From Chiloscyllium plagiosum (lineage: Eukaryota): a stretch of DNA of 64,000 bases. Under the pieces are notes generated by a model, which saw only the letters and a program-made list of their open reading frames with translations, had not been told where the DNA came from and did no database searches. Below, piece after piece: positions 1 to 13,516 of the stretch (within the stretch, counting starts at the first letter, position 1; each line of letters opens with the position of its first letter). The translations under genes and the position numbers were made by a program. The stretch spans positions 84,602,350 to 84,666,349 of the forward strand of contig NC_057713.1 of assembly GCF_004010195.1 (NCBI RefSeq), in the 5' to 3' direction.

Positions 1-570
1 CCTATAACTAGCGGTCTCCTCCTCTCCCCCTTTCCCTTCTGAGTCTCAGAGCCACAGACCCCTTCACTGCAGCTTACACCTGCAACGCTGTCCCCCCCAA
101 CAGTTTCCAAAGCTGGTATACTTATTGTTTAGGGGAACGACCACAGGGGAACCCTGCACTGCCTGCTTCCTCCCCTTCCCACCTCTAACTGTTACCCAGC
201 TACCTCTGTTCTCTGGCGTAGCTATGTCCCTGTAGCTTCTATCTATCAGCCTCTCGAATAATCCTCAGTTCATCCAACTCCAGTTCCAGTTCCCTAACTC
301 GTTCTGTGAGGAGCAGGATCTGACTGCATTTCATGCAGATGAAATCGGCAGGAGTATCGGTGGTCACCCCGACCTCGAACATCCTGCAGGAGGAACATTC
401 CACTGCCTGCGCTGCCATTACTCTACACCTCATCTCCAAAAGAAGAACACTGAGTAGCTTACCTGGGGACTTTAAAATTAGGTTAGAGGAGGAGGATGGG
501 AGGGAGGCTCTACTATGTAGGGCCTGGGGTCTAGAACACACCCACTCAAATATCAATCACTTACCTTTCC
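1..570 (-). mobile_element. CR1-type LINE 5' UTR and ORF1 fragment
   Basis: ORF 239..556 encodes MAAQAVECSSC..FICMKC..ERVRELELELDELR, a zinc-binding plus coiled-coil CR1 ORF1 N-terminus. Confidence 0.8.
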
Positions 571-867
571 GACCAGTTATCTGTAATTAGTACTATGAAA
601 CTTCAGTTCTATGTGTGCACAAATAGTAATCTTGTGCATCTCAGTTGTTCAAAGAAAAAAACTCACGAGATCTGTTTTAAGAAGTGAGTGACTTTTAAGA
701 AGTGATTTTTGTTTTATGCAATTTTCTGGTAATCTGAGGGTTTTATTTTCCCCTTGATTTTTGACTTCACTTTGATTGTATTCAAACAAAACTACTGATT
801 ACAGACTACAGCATCCTGTTTCTGTTGTGGAGCTAAATGTGCATAGTAGAGAAATTATATTTTATGG

Positions 868-1190
868 ACAGCATGGTGGCTCATTGGTGCACTGCTGCCT
901 CACAGCACCAGGGTCCTGGGTTAATTTCACCCTCCGAATTGCATATTCTCCACATGTCTATGTGGGTTTCCTCCAGGTACTCGGGTTTTGTACAGTCCAA
1001 AGATCTGCAGGTTAGGTGGATTAACTATGCTAAATTGCCCAGGGATTGTCAGGCTAGGTGGATTAGCCATGGGAAATGCAAGGTTACAGGGATAGTGTAG
1101 GCGGCTTGGTTTGGATGGGATGCTGTTTGGAGGATCGGTGTAGACTTGATGGGCCAAACAGCCTGCTTTCATATTGTAGGGATTCTGTGA
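868..1190 (+). mobile_element. HE1-like V-SINE, diverged
   Basis: tRNA-like head and gtgggtttcctccaggtactc core; similar to the 12488 and 61538 copies. Confidence 0.8.
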
Positions 1191-1329
1191 TATGTTTTGT
1201 CTCATTGTTTCAAGCAGAAAATTCACATAGAATTTAATCCAAAAATGTATTAGGTAATGCATTTGGGGGTGATGAAACAAGGGCATATGTAATAAATAGA
1301 GGTAAAAATGCATGAGCACAGACCCAGGG

Positions 1330-2200
1330 ATAAGGAACTTATGATTTTAAATTTGAGATGACATTTAGTCATACAAATAGAAAAAGCATTTTTTTTTAAA
1401 TGTGAACTTGCAAATTTTGATGTTTAGAGGGATTCTTAGAAGGAGCAAAGCTTTCACATGCAAATTTAGGAAGCATTTAGGAAAGTGAATAGAAGATTGG
1501 CCTTTATTGAATAGGGACTGGAGTACAAGAATAATGAAGTCTTGCTAGAGTTGTGCAGTGCTTTGAGACCATAACAGGATTACTGAATACAATCTTGAAC
1601 TTTATATCTAAGGATGGATATACTTTTATTGAAGACAATACAACCGATGTTTACCAGATTTATTCCTGAGATGAGAGGATTGCCCTGTGATGAGAAGCTG
1701 AGTAAATAGAGCCTACACTCTCGAGTTTTTTTTAAAAAAAGGGGTGAGCTGTTTTAAAAATATAAAATTCTGAAGGTTCTTGACAGATGATTGAGAACAT
1801 ACGACTCTGTGGGTGAAATTAAACCAAGGTTCCTAGTGCTGTGAGGCAGCAATACACCACTGAGCCACCAGGCCATTGATGCTAAAAGGAGGTTGATTTC
1901 CCTGATGGAGAATCTTGAATGCATGAACACAGACTCAAGATAAGGGACGGATGATTTTAATTTGAGATGGGGAGAAACTTCTTCATTCAAGGGGTGTGAG
2001 AGTTTGGAATTCGAATTAAGTTGATTGTGGATGTTTCTAAATTAGATATATTTAAGGCTGACATAGACAGATTTTTGGTCTCTCAAGGACTCTGGGTATA
2101 GGCAAGAAAGTGACAATGAAGCCAGAAATTGACATGACTGTATTGAATGGCAGAGGAGGCTTGAGGAGCCATATGACTGAATCCTGTTCCTGTTACTTAT
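1330..2200 (+). mobile_element. Decayed CR1 LINE 3' fragment with a SINE head inserted at ~1808-1880 (minus)
   Basis: Degenerate CR1 ORF2 C-terminal and 3' UTR motifs. Confidence 0.6.
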
Positions 2201-3335
2201 GCCATATTCCCAAGGAATGTTCCAAGTGATTGCATTACAGAGCTAATAAAACCAGAGCTAACTGTGTGTTAAAGCTGTCGTACTGCTTGTGCGCCTTGGT
2301 CAGTCCTATAGTTTATACCTGGTGGCTACTCTAGTACTCCAGCACTCCAGTGCTCCTTCACTCCTATTTCGATGGGTTTAATGTACGAATCTAGCCCACA
2401 CTTTACATACTTGCAAGGACAGTAGTTTGAGAGATCCAAATTTTTACACTTTGAATATTGTAAATTTGAAACTCAATCGTGTTTGTTATGCATGTGGTAT
2501 TAATTTACTGTGGTTGATATTTTTCACTGGACTGTGGTAGTTTGGTGAAATGTACTGGATGCCAAGTAAAGGAGGCTTATCCTCAGGTGTACTTTAATAG
2601 GATTAGTCTCCAATTCCTTACAGTGAGCTAAGTGAAATGTCCGCATCCCAGCCAGGTCGGGATTGCTAGATTTAGAGTCCACAAATGAGCACAACCACAT
2701 TCATCTCATGGTCCTTTTATAACCCTGGTGCATCAAATATCACTTTCAGTGATACTCAAAATATTTTCTGTCCAGAGTTCAGAAGGATTCCAGCAACCAT
2801 TGCATCAGTTCAGGGTCAATTCAGCATTACAAGAAAATGTCATTCAGAACAACACCAATGAAGCAAAGCCAGGAAGCCGAGTAAAAGGAAGTACTGCCTG
2901 TAAGATGAACTAATAAGCACTCAATGGGGTGATGCAAAATAAATAATGAAATTACTTAAAACAAATGAATCCTGTTGCAGAAATGAACTCTTCAAAAGTT
3001 AATTATTTTGATTTTTTTGGTTGTAGTATACACAGAATGAATGCATCATACAACGTTTTAAAGGTGCAGCAAATCATCATCATATCTGAGTATCAGATTA
3101 ATGTGAAGAAGGCTCAAACTTTTCCAATAACAGGAGCCCATTGAAATGCCAAAAACACACCTGTTGTATTATCTAAGAATAAGTTGAAGACTATTTCTTG
3201 AATTTACTGAAGTTACAGCACAACCAGAATACTGCATTGGTTTAAACAAACAGCAATTGATCCTATGACCTGTCTAACCTTCTATGAAATTTAGTTTAGA
3301 GTTGATTGGTGTTTTCAAACACTTTTTCTGGCAGC

Positions 3336-4690
3336 TCAATCTATACATATACCACCCTCTGTGAAAACATTGCCCCTTAACTCCCTTTTAAATCTTTCCC
3401 CCCTCACCCTAAATCCAAGCCTTCTAGTTCTGGACTCCACCACCCCAGGGAAAACACCTTGTCTATTTACCATACCTATGCCCCTCGTGACTTTATAAAC
3501 CTCTATAAGCCTCTGACACTTTAGGGAAAACAGCCCCAGCCTATTCAGCCTCTCCTTATAATTCAAACCTTCCATTCCTGGCAACATCCTTGTAAATCTT
3601 TTCTGAACCCTTTCAAGTTTCACAACATCCTTCCTTTGGAAGGGGGATCAGAATTGTATGCAATATTCATAACCAATGTCCTGTACAGCTGCAACATGAC
3701 ATCCCAGCTCCTGTATTCAATGCTGTGACCAGCAAAGGCAAGCATACCAAATGCCGCTTTCACTGTCCTAGCTACCTGAGACTCCACTTTCAAGGAACTA
3801 TGAACCTGTACTCCAAGGTCTCTTTGTTCAGCAACACTCCCCAGGACATTACCATTAAGTATATAAGTCCTGCCCTGATTTGCCTTTCCAAAATGCAGCA
3901 CCTCACTCCATCAGCCACTACTCGGCCCAATTGGCCCATCTGATCAAGGTCCCATTGCACTCTGAGGTAACCTTCTTTGGTGTCATCTGCAAATTTACTA
4001 ACAATACCTCCTATGTTCACATCCAAATCAGTTATATAAAATATGAAAATCAGTGGACCCAGCACCTATCCTTCTAGCACACCGCTGGTCACAAGCCTCC
4101 AGTCTGAAACGTCATTAGCCACTCCGGCTCATTGGCCCATCTGATCAAGATCCCGTTGTACTCAGAGATAACTTTCTTTGATGTCCACTACACCTTCAAT
4201 TTTGGTGTAATCTGCAAACTTACTAACTATACCTTCTACCTTTACCTCCAAATCATTTATATAAGCGATTAAAAGCAGTAGACACAGCACCGATCTTTGT
4301 GGCACTCAACTGGTCACAGGCTTCCAGTCTCTGTATTCTATCTTTGAGCCAGTTCTGTATCCAAATGGCTAGTTCTCTCTCTATTCCACATACTCTAACC
4401 TTACTAATCAGTGTACCATGAGGAACCTTTTGAATGCCTTACTTAGGTTCGTATAGATCACATCCCCAGCTCTGCCCTCAACAATTCTCTTTGTTACTTC
4501 TTCAGAAAACTTAATCCAGTTAGTGATACATGATATCCCTAATCAGTCCTTGCCTTTCCAAATCATGTGAATCCTGTCCCTCAGGATTCCCTCTAATAAC
4601 CTGCCCACCACCAATGTCAAGCTCACCGCTCTATTTTTCCCTGGCTTTTCCTTATCACCTTTCTTAAATGGTAGCACCATGTTAGCCAAT
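3336..4690 (-). mobile_element. CR1 (HER1-like) LINE reverse transcriptase fragments
   Basis: ORFs with SKFADDTK, RDLGVQVHSSLKV and LERVQKRFTRMLPG. Confidence 0.9.
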
Positions 4691-4721
4691 TGGTACTGCT
4701 TCACTCTCTCATTTGGAATAA

Positions 4722-4835
4722 ATTTATCAATTTCTCATCCAATTTCCACCCTGTTTTCATCTTCACCTGGTCCATCTCGAACTCTTCATTTCCCTTCCTC
4801 AACATCTCTGTTTTCATTATGAGGGATAGGCTGGT
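4722..4835 (+). mobile_element. Penelope-like reverse transcriptase relic
   Basis: Translates as FINFSSNFHPVFIFTWSISNSSFPFLNISVFIMRDRL, resembling the PLE RT thumb motif N..HP..KFT....LPFLD. Confidence 0.55.
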
Positions 4836-5019
4836 CACATTAAACTTTCTCAAGTCTTCTATTTAAGTAACATTCGGTTCTTTTATTTGTCTAGCTAAAT
4901 TGCATAACCTCATGTAATGGGAGAAGAAAGGTGACTGGACTAGAAACATTAACTCTGTTTTTCTGTACAGGTTCTGCCAAATCTGCTCAATTTCTCCAAT
5001 AATTTGTTTTGTTTGTTGT

Positions 5020-5600
5020 AAAAGTAGTGTGCTCTTGCTGAAACTATGGAAGGCACTAGTCAGATCACAGCTGGAATACTATGTACACTTTTGGTCCCCT
5101 TATCCAAGGGGATACTGGCTTGGAAGCAGTTCAGAAAACATTCACTCGGCTGATCCTGGTTATGGAGAAACTATCTTATGAGAAGACATTGAGTAGGTTT
5201 GACCTGGACTCACTGGAAAATCGAAGATTGAGGTGTGACCTTATTGGAACATAAGGGGGCTTGCAAAGGTTGTTTCCTCTTGTAAGAAGAGGATAGGACA
5301 TGATGACATAAGCTCAGAATAAGGGGTCGCTCATTTAAGGTATAGCTGAGGTGGAATTTCTTCTCGCAGGATTGTGAATCTGTGGAATTCTTTACTGCAG
5401 AAGGCTGTAGAGGTTGGTTAAGTATATTTAAGGCTGAGATAGGCTGCAGTTTAATTAGTAAATGAATCAAGGGTTATCGGGAAAAGGCAGGAAAGTGAAA
5501 TTGAGAATTATTAGATCAGCAATCATCTCATTGAATGGTGAAGCAGACTCGGGCTGCATAGTCTACCTTAGCTCCTACATGTTATGGTCTTATGGTCTCT
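5020..5600 (+). mobile_element. CR1 LINE 3' end
   Basis: Decayed LVRSQLEY..FWSP coding sequence and (tatggtct)n tail. Confidence 0.75.
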
Positions 5601-8600
5601 TGTAGCCCTACATCAATCCAAGATCTCTGCTCACCTCCAATTCTGGCCTCCTCTGTATCCCAGTTTGTATACCACCAATTTTCACAGCTTCACCATTGGA
5701 AACTGTTCCTTCAACTGTCATGGCTCAAAGCACTAAAATTCCCTTTGTAAACTTTCACATCTCTCAATCTCTGAATTTTTGAAATGTTCTTTAAAATTGC
5801 TGCATTAAATTTTGGTCATCTGCCCTAATCTCTTATGTAACTTGGTTTTGCATGATAGCACATCAATGAAGGACTCAAAATTTAAGGTATAATAAACACA
5901 TGAACATTTCAAGGATTTTTTATACTTTCCAGTACATTAAAAGTTCTGTGAATTTAGTCCCTGTCTTTCTGTCTTGGTTAGATTGTAACCTACTTTGAGG
6001 GTTTTTTTTTTGGGGGGGGGAGAATGGTGAGGGTGGAATTGTTGACAAATGAGGATCATTAATTATATGTCAGCCATTAAGTTAGGAAACTGTTGTTAAC
6101 TGATGGCAACGTTTAATGTTATGTTGCCATCATACTGTTTTTGGAGCAAATATTATCTCCAGGATATTAGGTTATGTTGCTGGCAAAGCATCATTAGCAT
6201 GAGTACTCTTAAATTTGGTATCTTTTCGCAGTGTATTTTTGCAGTATTTATTCACTGTCTTCCCCTGCTGTCCATTAGCTTTTTTTAATTTCCAATTTCC
6301 TTTCAGTATGCACGTGACCTTTTTCTTAAATATCTCTTGATATATAATTTGCTGTTTAGGTATATAATATGTCAAGTTCTTTTTTAATTTTTATTTATAG
6401 AGAAGGCACATTAAGCTTATGGAGATATTTCACAGTAGCAGAATTGAAGCAGATTGCATTTGCCACTACTGGGTTGGAGCAAAGGAAATTGGTTCTGTGT
6501 TTTTCAGATTGATTTGTAGAGTGGAGTCCCTTTTTGGTGCATGAGAGCCAGCAAGAAACCATGGACTGGAGTTTCCAGTTCTGAATCAAGATAAGGAGGA
6601 CAAAATAGCCACTGAATGGTGTGAGATGCATAAGCTTATTAAGGGATAGGAGGAGCGACCGTGGGGTAAGATCCTTGCCACCTAAAGGGCTGGCTGTCCT
6701 CTGAGCATGGGATCAGTCAACCAGGCTCCTTGGACATTATCTGATTTTTAATGTTTAAAACAGGATAGATCATTGGTAACCAAAGGGTGAAAGGTTATCA
6801 AGGTTAGAAGAAGTGTGGCTTTGAGGTTACAGTCAGATCAAGTATGTTTTTGACAAATGGTGTGAGATGCATAGCCCTCCTTATCGTTTTTATATTTGTA
6901 TAGTAAGCGAAAGGTGCATTTGGAAGTGATAACTGGAGCATGGCCATTTTTCAGGCCTTGAAGCAAACCAGTTCCCTAAGAGAAGGTGGCAAAACTTATT
7001 TCAAGTCATATATAGCCACAGCTGGAACACATGCAAGAGTAGCATGCTGACCTGATCAAAATACATAGCACTTTATGTAATCTGCACCCATCAGTTAAGA
7101 ACCTAAGCAGTGACATCCATGGAATACATGATGAGCTTGGAGCAGGTGCCTGCACCCTGAAGGAATCTTCCTTCAGGGTAGCAAGAATATTGTTCAGGTT
7201 TTGAGGATATGCCAAATTCATCACAGCACGCTCATCATCCTTTGACAGAGGGAGTATCTGAGGAACAGAGCCCAATGAAACAGGCTACCCTTGTTTGAAT
7301 ATTCAAGAACAATCTCCTAAGAGGCCACAACAGATCCCTTTGAAACAAAGACAGCAGCCATGAAGGCAGATATTGCAAAGATTCCTCTGTTCAAAGCTTA
7401 GGGAACTCCAACAGATCACCAATCATTTACACTGAGGGTTCTCATCACTGCCAAGTAAAGTATCACTATTTCTGTGATGAATCAGACCCCTGAATTACTT
7501 TAGCATCACAATGAGCTTTTTGGACAAGACAATTGCTTTTTTAAAAATGAAGACTACAGGCCAAGCCTTGCTGAAAATATAATTTTCTAGTACTGAATTC
7601 TCTAACTGATGAAAGGTTCCCTGTGTGAACCCCTGAATGTTGCTCCTTGTAGTTAGGCCAGGGAGCTTCAAAGAGAAGGAAACTTGCTATGGCAGAAATA
7701 TGAGCCCATTAATTAGGTCCTCTCATCAGGAAATCTTCTGCCATGAGTTGTACTCCAAACTATGGATATGTGTCAAAAGGTATGTTTGTGCTTTATTCTT
7801 GTAGAGATATAGAAAAGAAGGGTTAAAAACCAAGTGCACCTGTGGTCTGTTTGCTGGAGGACTGATATGCTAATATGGAGTAGTTTGTTGTGAGGGTCAC
7901 TGTTTGATGACAGCCATTAAATATCCTTCGCTGCAGGTATTAAAAAAAAGGAAGCCCATCAGCAAGCCAACCATGTCCTAATGAAACATGACAAAAAAAT
8001 TTCACCTAACCTATAACACCAGGAATCTTGAAATTGAATATTTCATCAGCTACCATAGGGATCAAGGGAAAGCTGGGTGATCAGCAATTTAGTGGAAATA
8101 GGATCAAAAACATGAAGTGGATCTCAAGGATTAAGTTATCAATCTATGCACATTTTTCTCTTCTACTCCTCAAAGTCAGCAGTTGGAATAGTTTTCGTTT
8201 GCAGATTCCTGAGTCCAGCCACATTGTCTTTCAAAGCTAGATAGCTTGCAGGCAAGCCTTTCATCTCCCAATGTGTGAAATTATTATTACTAATTAAGTA
8301 TGAATTAAACAGGAGATGCAAATGTTTTAATGCTTTGTTGTATGGTTTTTGAAATCTTTAGATGTGTTAATTTTGATGCAGTATCACTGATTCCACATGG
8401 GTCTCTTTAACTTGTTTCAATCTATGATCCCTGTAGTCATTTTAAGTCTGGAGTCTGTGCCAAGATGGCTAGCAACGTGCAGATGTTACAGGAAAGATTA
8501 CCTCAGCCTGCACATATGGCATAGGTGACCTGACATTAGGTGGCTTTGTCCATATTCTGAAGCAGAATTTATGGGATTGTGTAAAATCAGGAGTACTCAA

Positions 8601-8879
8601 GACATTGTTCATTTGGTAGCCTCCCATCATGGTTACATTGGGAGTTTTGAGAGGTTATTTGATTCAGAGTCACATGTGAATTAGGCTGCTCAAAGTGGCT
8701 ATTCTACCCAATTACAGCCTTCATGACATCTCGGTCACTTGCACAGTATCCATATATGTACAGGAGGAGAGAAGAAGTGCTTTAAGCCATAAAAATGAAC
8801 GGACAAAGCAATGGATCCTTCAACGTTTTCAACTGATTTTATGCAAGAGCTGTTTGCACAAGGTTTTACAAGTGGTGGA

Positions 8880-9110
8880 AGGGGTTAGTTTAGCTCAGTT
8901 GGCTGGATGGATGGCTTGAAATGCAGAATGATGCCAACAGCATGCTTTCAATTCCTGTATCAGCTGAGGTTACCATGAAGCATTCTCCTTCTCAACCCGT
9001 CCCCTCACTTGAGGTGTGGTTACCCTCAGGTTAAACTCATTATCAGCTCTCGCTCTCGCGCCGCTCTCGCTCTCGCTCTCGCTCTCCATCTACTGTGGTG
9101 ACTTTACCTT
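8880..9110 (+). mobile_element. tRNA-headed SINE (second family) with internal (CGCTCT)n microsatellite at ~9045-9085
   Basis: tagctcagttgg A-box and ttcaattcc B-box; related copies at 11590-11745 (-) and 28410-28640 (+). Confidence 0.7.
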
Positions 9111-10543
9111 TACAAATGGGGAACAATAAAGAGAAGCTTCAGAACTGGTTTTCTCTTACCTGACGATCCCTTGACAACTCTTTAAAAACTAGGTAAGATG
9201 ATTCATGTACAACATCTAATGGTTGAGGCAGACTTTTTATTCTGACCAATCTGCCTCTGTTTCTGCATCCTGGAAACCTAACTGAGAGCAAACATGTCCC
9301 TTACCTATATAAGACCCCAAAGGCGGGGAAAGATCACTTGCTGGTACTAGGTTGGTGACCTGGACTCAAACTTGCTTTGCATTTTCCTTGACCTACAGAC
9401 AACATGACTTTCTTTTTGAGAAAATGGATTTCTAAGTGATATGTTAAAAGTGCAGCTTTGCATAATTGTTTTGATGTATATGCTTGATTAACATATTTGC
9501 TGCCTTCCTGTAATGATAATTTGAACAAAGTAAGATGACTATTTTAAGGATGTAACACATAAAAGTGAATAAACATTTCTGTCCAAAATATTCTATATTT
9601 TAATTTCCACAGTTTATAGAGTGTATGCTATTTTCTTAATATATGTTTAAACAATGTTTTTAGAGAATTAATATAATTAAGTTTTGTGAAAAGTTTTTGT
9701 CAGGTTTTGTTATTGTTTAATTTCAAACTGTATCAGCTGAATTTCTTGTACCTTACATGTGACATTGTGCAGCAACAAATAATGCTGTTCTGCTGGTTCA
9801 TCTCTTCCCAAAACCAAAACTTGCTTTGTAAAGATATTACCACTACATTACAATCATTAACCACAAGTACAGTACAGGTGGTCCCCAGGTTGCAAGCTGT
9901 TCGTAAGTACAAGTAAACATTCATATATCAGATATTTAAAATCATTATTAATGTGTCCCTGTATGGGATCATGTTCATATGTACGAGCATTTGTAAATCC
10001 CACGTACTAGAAAGTTTGTCGTATGTCATTGGTCTCAAGTTTCCAATAAAGATTGAAATCTTGTTTGAATGATCCAAATAATGCTTTTACTTATAAATTT
10101 TCTGCTTCTGCTCTCTCACTTTGAACGATTAGAAACTTTAGAAGCTGAATGAGGAAGCCAGGACTTTGCCATTGAAATATTTCATCCACAGCTTAGTTTC
10201 ATTACTTCACTTCTGAAGCTGAAGAAAGCTTATGCTAAATTTTGATAGCTAAATTTGATTGGTCTGATAAGGTCCAACATTCTATAATTGCTGCACTTGG
10301 GAAAAAAAACTTCTAAATTGTAAGTTTTACAATGTAGTGGAAAATTTAAAAAATTACTATTAGCCAGGAATATCTCCTAATTAAGACAGAAAGTATTGAT
10401 GTTCAGATGTTGCTCAGAGAACATTTCATCTATAGAGTTAACTGCAAACAAAAGAGGCAAATAAATACTTAGCTCTGAAGATACTTTTCACCTATGGTTA
10501 TTTCCTTCTCAAGTACATTTTCATATTTATTTTGTATTTTTAG

Positions 10544-10631
10544 ACCAACAGACAACCAGCAAGACTGAATCTCCTCACTTGCCAGGTGAAACCCGCTGCT
10601 GACGAGAAGAAATGTTTTGACTTGATATCAC
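10544..10631 (+). CDS. ASAP1: ASAP1 exon (PH domain): TNRQPARLNLLTCQVKPAADEKKCFDLIS(H)
   Basis: ttttag acceptor and gtatgt donor; 88 nt, phase 0 to 1; matches recalled human ASAP1 SNRQPAKLNLLTCQVKPNAEDKKSFDLISH. Confidence 0.95.
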
Positions 10632-11349
10632 GTATGTTTCTGTACTGTTATTGGCTTGGATTCTGTAGTTATAAAATAAATTGATGATTCAAAATTCCCT
10701 CAATGTTTAAACTTTGCAAGTATCCAGAAATATATTTTGCTAAGATATGTATATAAATCATTTGTATAGTCTAAGTATTGTGTCAACATTTACAGTCCTT
10801 TAGTCTTGCTGGTAGTACTTAACTTTTAACTAAAGAGCAAGTCTCACTATTCAGATTCTTTTGTAGAAGGAAAATAATTACAATGGATGATATTGCTAGT
10901 CCTTTGTTTAACATGTGTTCTTTGGAATTTTCAATACTTTTGTTTATATTTTTAATTTTATTTGAACAAAAATGTTGAGTTACAAATTTGAAGGTAAATG
11001 TAAATGAAGAATTTACATTAGCATTAGCAGAGAAACAGTTATTAACCCATCATCAATTTTCTATGTAAAAATCTGTTGTTGTGGAGCTAGACCTAAATAA
11101 CGTTCAAAACATTTCCCAATTATGATGACCTATTCCTATTTGTATTGTTATTCTTTGAAATCAAACAAACAACATATTATCATTCTAAAATCTGTGTTTA
11201 AGATTATCATAATTTCATTATTAATCAGGGATATTGATGATAATTATCCTTTAAGTGGTAATGCAATTTATCAGATTTAATTTTTATTTCAAGAATGGTG
11301 AATTCACAGTTGAAAATAATTTGCGTAGAATCATGACTATGTGTAGGAG

Positions 11350-11564
11350 GAAGTGAGGACTGCAGATGCTGGAGATCAGAGTCAAGAGTGTGGTGCTGGA
11401 AAAGTACAGCAGGTCAGGCAGCATCCAAAGAACAGGAGAATCGACGTTTCGGGCATAAACCCTTCAGGAATCGTGATGATGGGCTTATGTCCGAAACATC
11501 GATTCTCCAGCTCCTTGGATGCTGCCTGACCTGCTGTGCTTTTCCAGCACCACATTCTTGACTC
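11350..11564. mobile_element. Fold-back short PLE-derived element with decayed hammerhead motifs
   Basis: Inverted arms ~11379-11465 and ~11478-11564; same family as 21405, 57934 and 58837. Confidence 0.85.
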
Positions 11565-11949
11565 ATGAGTGTGTGTAGCAGATGCTTCTCCAACTGGTTG
11601 TGGTTTAACCTGAGTGTCACTACGCATCATGTAAGGAGAGAAGCTGAGAAGTAGGAACCATCATAGAAACCTCACCCTGAGTAGGAATTGATGGCATCAC
11701 TCTGCTTCACAAACTACCCATCCGTCCAACTGAGCTAACTGATCCTCTACAATAAGCATCGAAACCAGTGGTGGATTAGATACCATTGCAGGGATTGTAA
11801 CATAATGACAATAATATATGGTTTGAACAAGGGGTATTCAAGAACTCAAATTGTGTTGAGTTCCTTCTGAATTATAGAACAGGTACACTTTGCCATTCTT
11901 GAAATAACTCCTTTGATCCTAACCAGACAATATTCCTCATGAGCGCATG

Positions 11950-12285
11950 CTTTGTTCATTTTTTTCTTGTGAGGTAGGCATCATTGAAACTGCCTGAACT
12001 TGTTGTCCATCTTTTATTTTTCATGATTTGAGAAGCTTTTTAGTCCTTTTCAGAAGATGTTTAGGCAACATGACAATTGATCTGGTGTCATATGTAGGCC
12101 AGATCTTTCCTCAGGATATTATTGAACTAGATGGATTTTTATGACAAACAATGTTGGCTTAATGTCATCATTGTCACTAGTTTTTGACTTCAGACTAATA
12201 ATTTGAATTCACATTCAATCTGTCTCCCCAGGATATTAGTCTTGGTCTGTGAATTACTAACCCAGTGACACTACCAACATGCTAC
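11950..12285 (-). mobile_element. Old tRNA-headed SINE sharing head and tail with the LINE at 38500-43190
   Basis: Similar to 43000-43190 (head) and 38500-38570 (tail). Confidence 0.55.
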
Positions 12286-12487
12286 TTAAGATTGGAGAAC
12301 CAAGAGTTGTGAACCAGGGAAAGGAAACAGCAGGGAACATAAGAGTAGCATCCAACAGTGAGTTAGTGACAGGTAGTTTATGAAAAACTGAAATTGAATA
12401 TTTTGGCTTAAGTTGAAATCAGATCACCACCGGTTCACATCTAGTTTTGTTTAATTTAAGACCGAGATTTGACAAAGGATGTTAGAT

Positions 12488-12802
12488 CACGGTGGCACAG
12501 TGGTTAGCACTGCTGCCTCACAGCGCCAGAGACCCGTGTTCAATTTCCGCCTCAGGCAACTGTCTGTGTGGAGTTTGCACATTCTCTCCATGTCTGCGTG
12601 GGTTTCCTCTGGGTGCTCCGGTTTACTCCCACAGTCCAAAAATGTGTAGGTTAGGTGAATTGGCCATGCTAAATTGCCCGTAGTGTTAGGTGAAGGGGTA
12701 AATGTAGGGGAATGGGTCTGGGTGGGTTGCTCTTCGGAGGGTCGGTGTGGACTTGTTGGGCTGAAGGGCCTGTTTCCACACTGTAAGTAATCTAATCTAA
12801 TC
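12488..12802 (+). mobile_element. HE1-like V-SINE, young and near full length
   Basis: A/B boxes (tggcacagtgg, gttcaatttcc), V-domain, CR1-like tail and (taatc)n end. Confidence 0.92.
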
Positions 12803-13467
12803 ACTGATAATCAAAACTATTTAATTGCAGTCCTTAATCTAAAATATTCAACTCCTTTACTCATTGACATAGAGCAACAAAAAAAAGGACTTGAAATTTA
12901 ATCATGGACTACTTATTAAATTTGTTTTTGTAAGCAATATGAGAAGCTGAGGCCATATTGGTGGACGTCGACAAGGTTAAAATAAGTGTGGATGAAGTAC
13001 ATCAGCAGTAGTGTTTGGATGATACTTACAACTCATTATTGTCGTCTTCTCAGCTTGGAAGAATGTACTTCAGATCATAGATGGATACTGTACTGGCATA
13101 TACATAGTCTGCACTTTGAACCAAAGTGCATCACTGGATAAACACAGATCAGTTTATGAATTATTATGACACAGTGGGAGTGGGAATAGGGCTGCATGTA
13201 TTCAATAAGATTTAAAAGCCAGTTATACTAAATGCATTGCTCCTGAGTAAGGGAACAAAATTACACATTTGTATTCTCTGCACTTTACATTTAAAGAATT
13301 AAGAAAATCTTTCTCACACCTAGTAATCTTACATTTTAGGAATTCTGATTAGATAGATCATAGTATTTATGGAAAATTATTTCTGGTTACTTTTTGGCTA
13401 TTTTCCTCATGCCTGTTAACCTGGCCTTGTCACTTTTTACTTTATTTATCTTCCTTCCTTACAACAG

Positions 13468-13516
13468 ACAACAGAACCTATCACTTCCAAGCAGACGATG
13501 AACAGGAATGTCTAGT
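13468..13516 (+). CDS. ASAP1: ASAP1 exon (PH domain): (H)NRTYHFQADDEQECL(V)
   Basis: Pyrimidine tract plus acag acceptor, gtaagt donor; 49 nt; phase-compatible with both neighbours. Confidence 0.95.

Noticed and set aside
7000-7850. Coding-like stretch, possibly an old DNA transposase
   Set aside because: No motif could be identified with confidence.
9872-10020. TA-CAGGTGGTCCCC Tigger-like terminus
   Set aside because: No matching second TIR found; too decayed to call.
1-10543. Upstream ASAP1 exon (RKVWQRRKC..ISHAT) and, after 53403, the next Pro-rich exon
   Set aside because: Not found by eye; presumed outside the window.
11436-11505. Hammerhead motifs in the 11350 palindrome
   Set aside because: Core mutated on both arms (GUGAUGA/GAAACAUC on plus, truncated CUGAAGG on minus); probably inactive.
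12488-12560. tRNA-like sequences with A/B boxes (also 61538, 41983, 8880, 45465)
   Set aside because: SINE heads that run into SINE bodies; no complete cloverleaf recognised.
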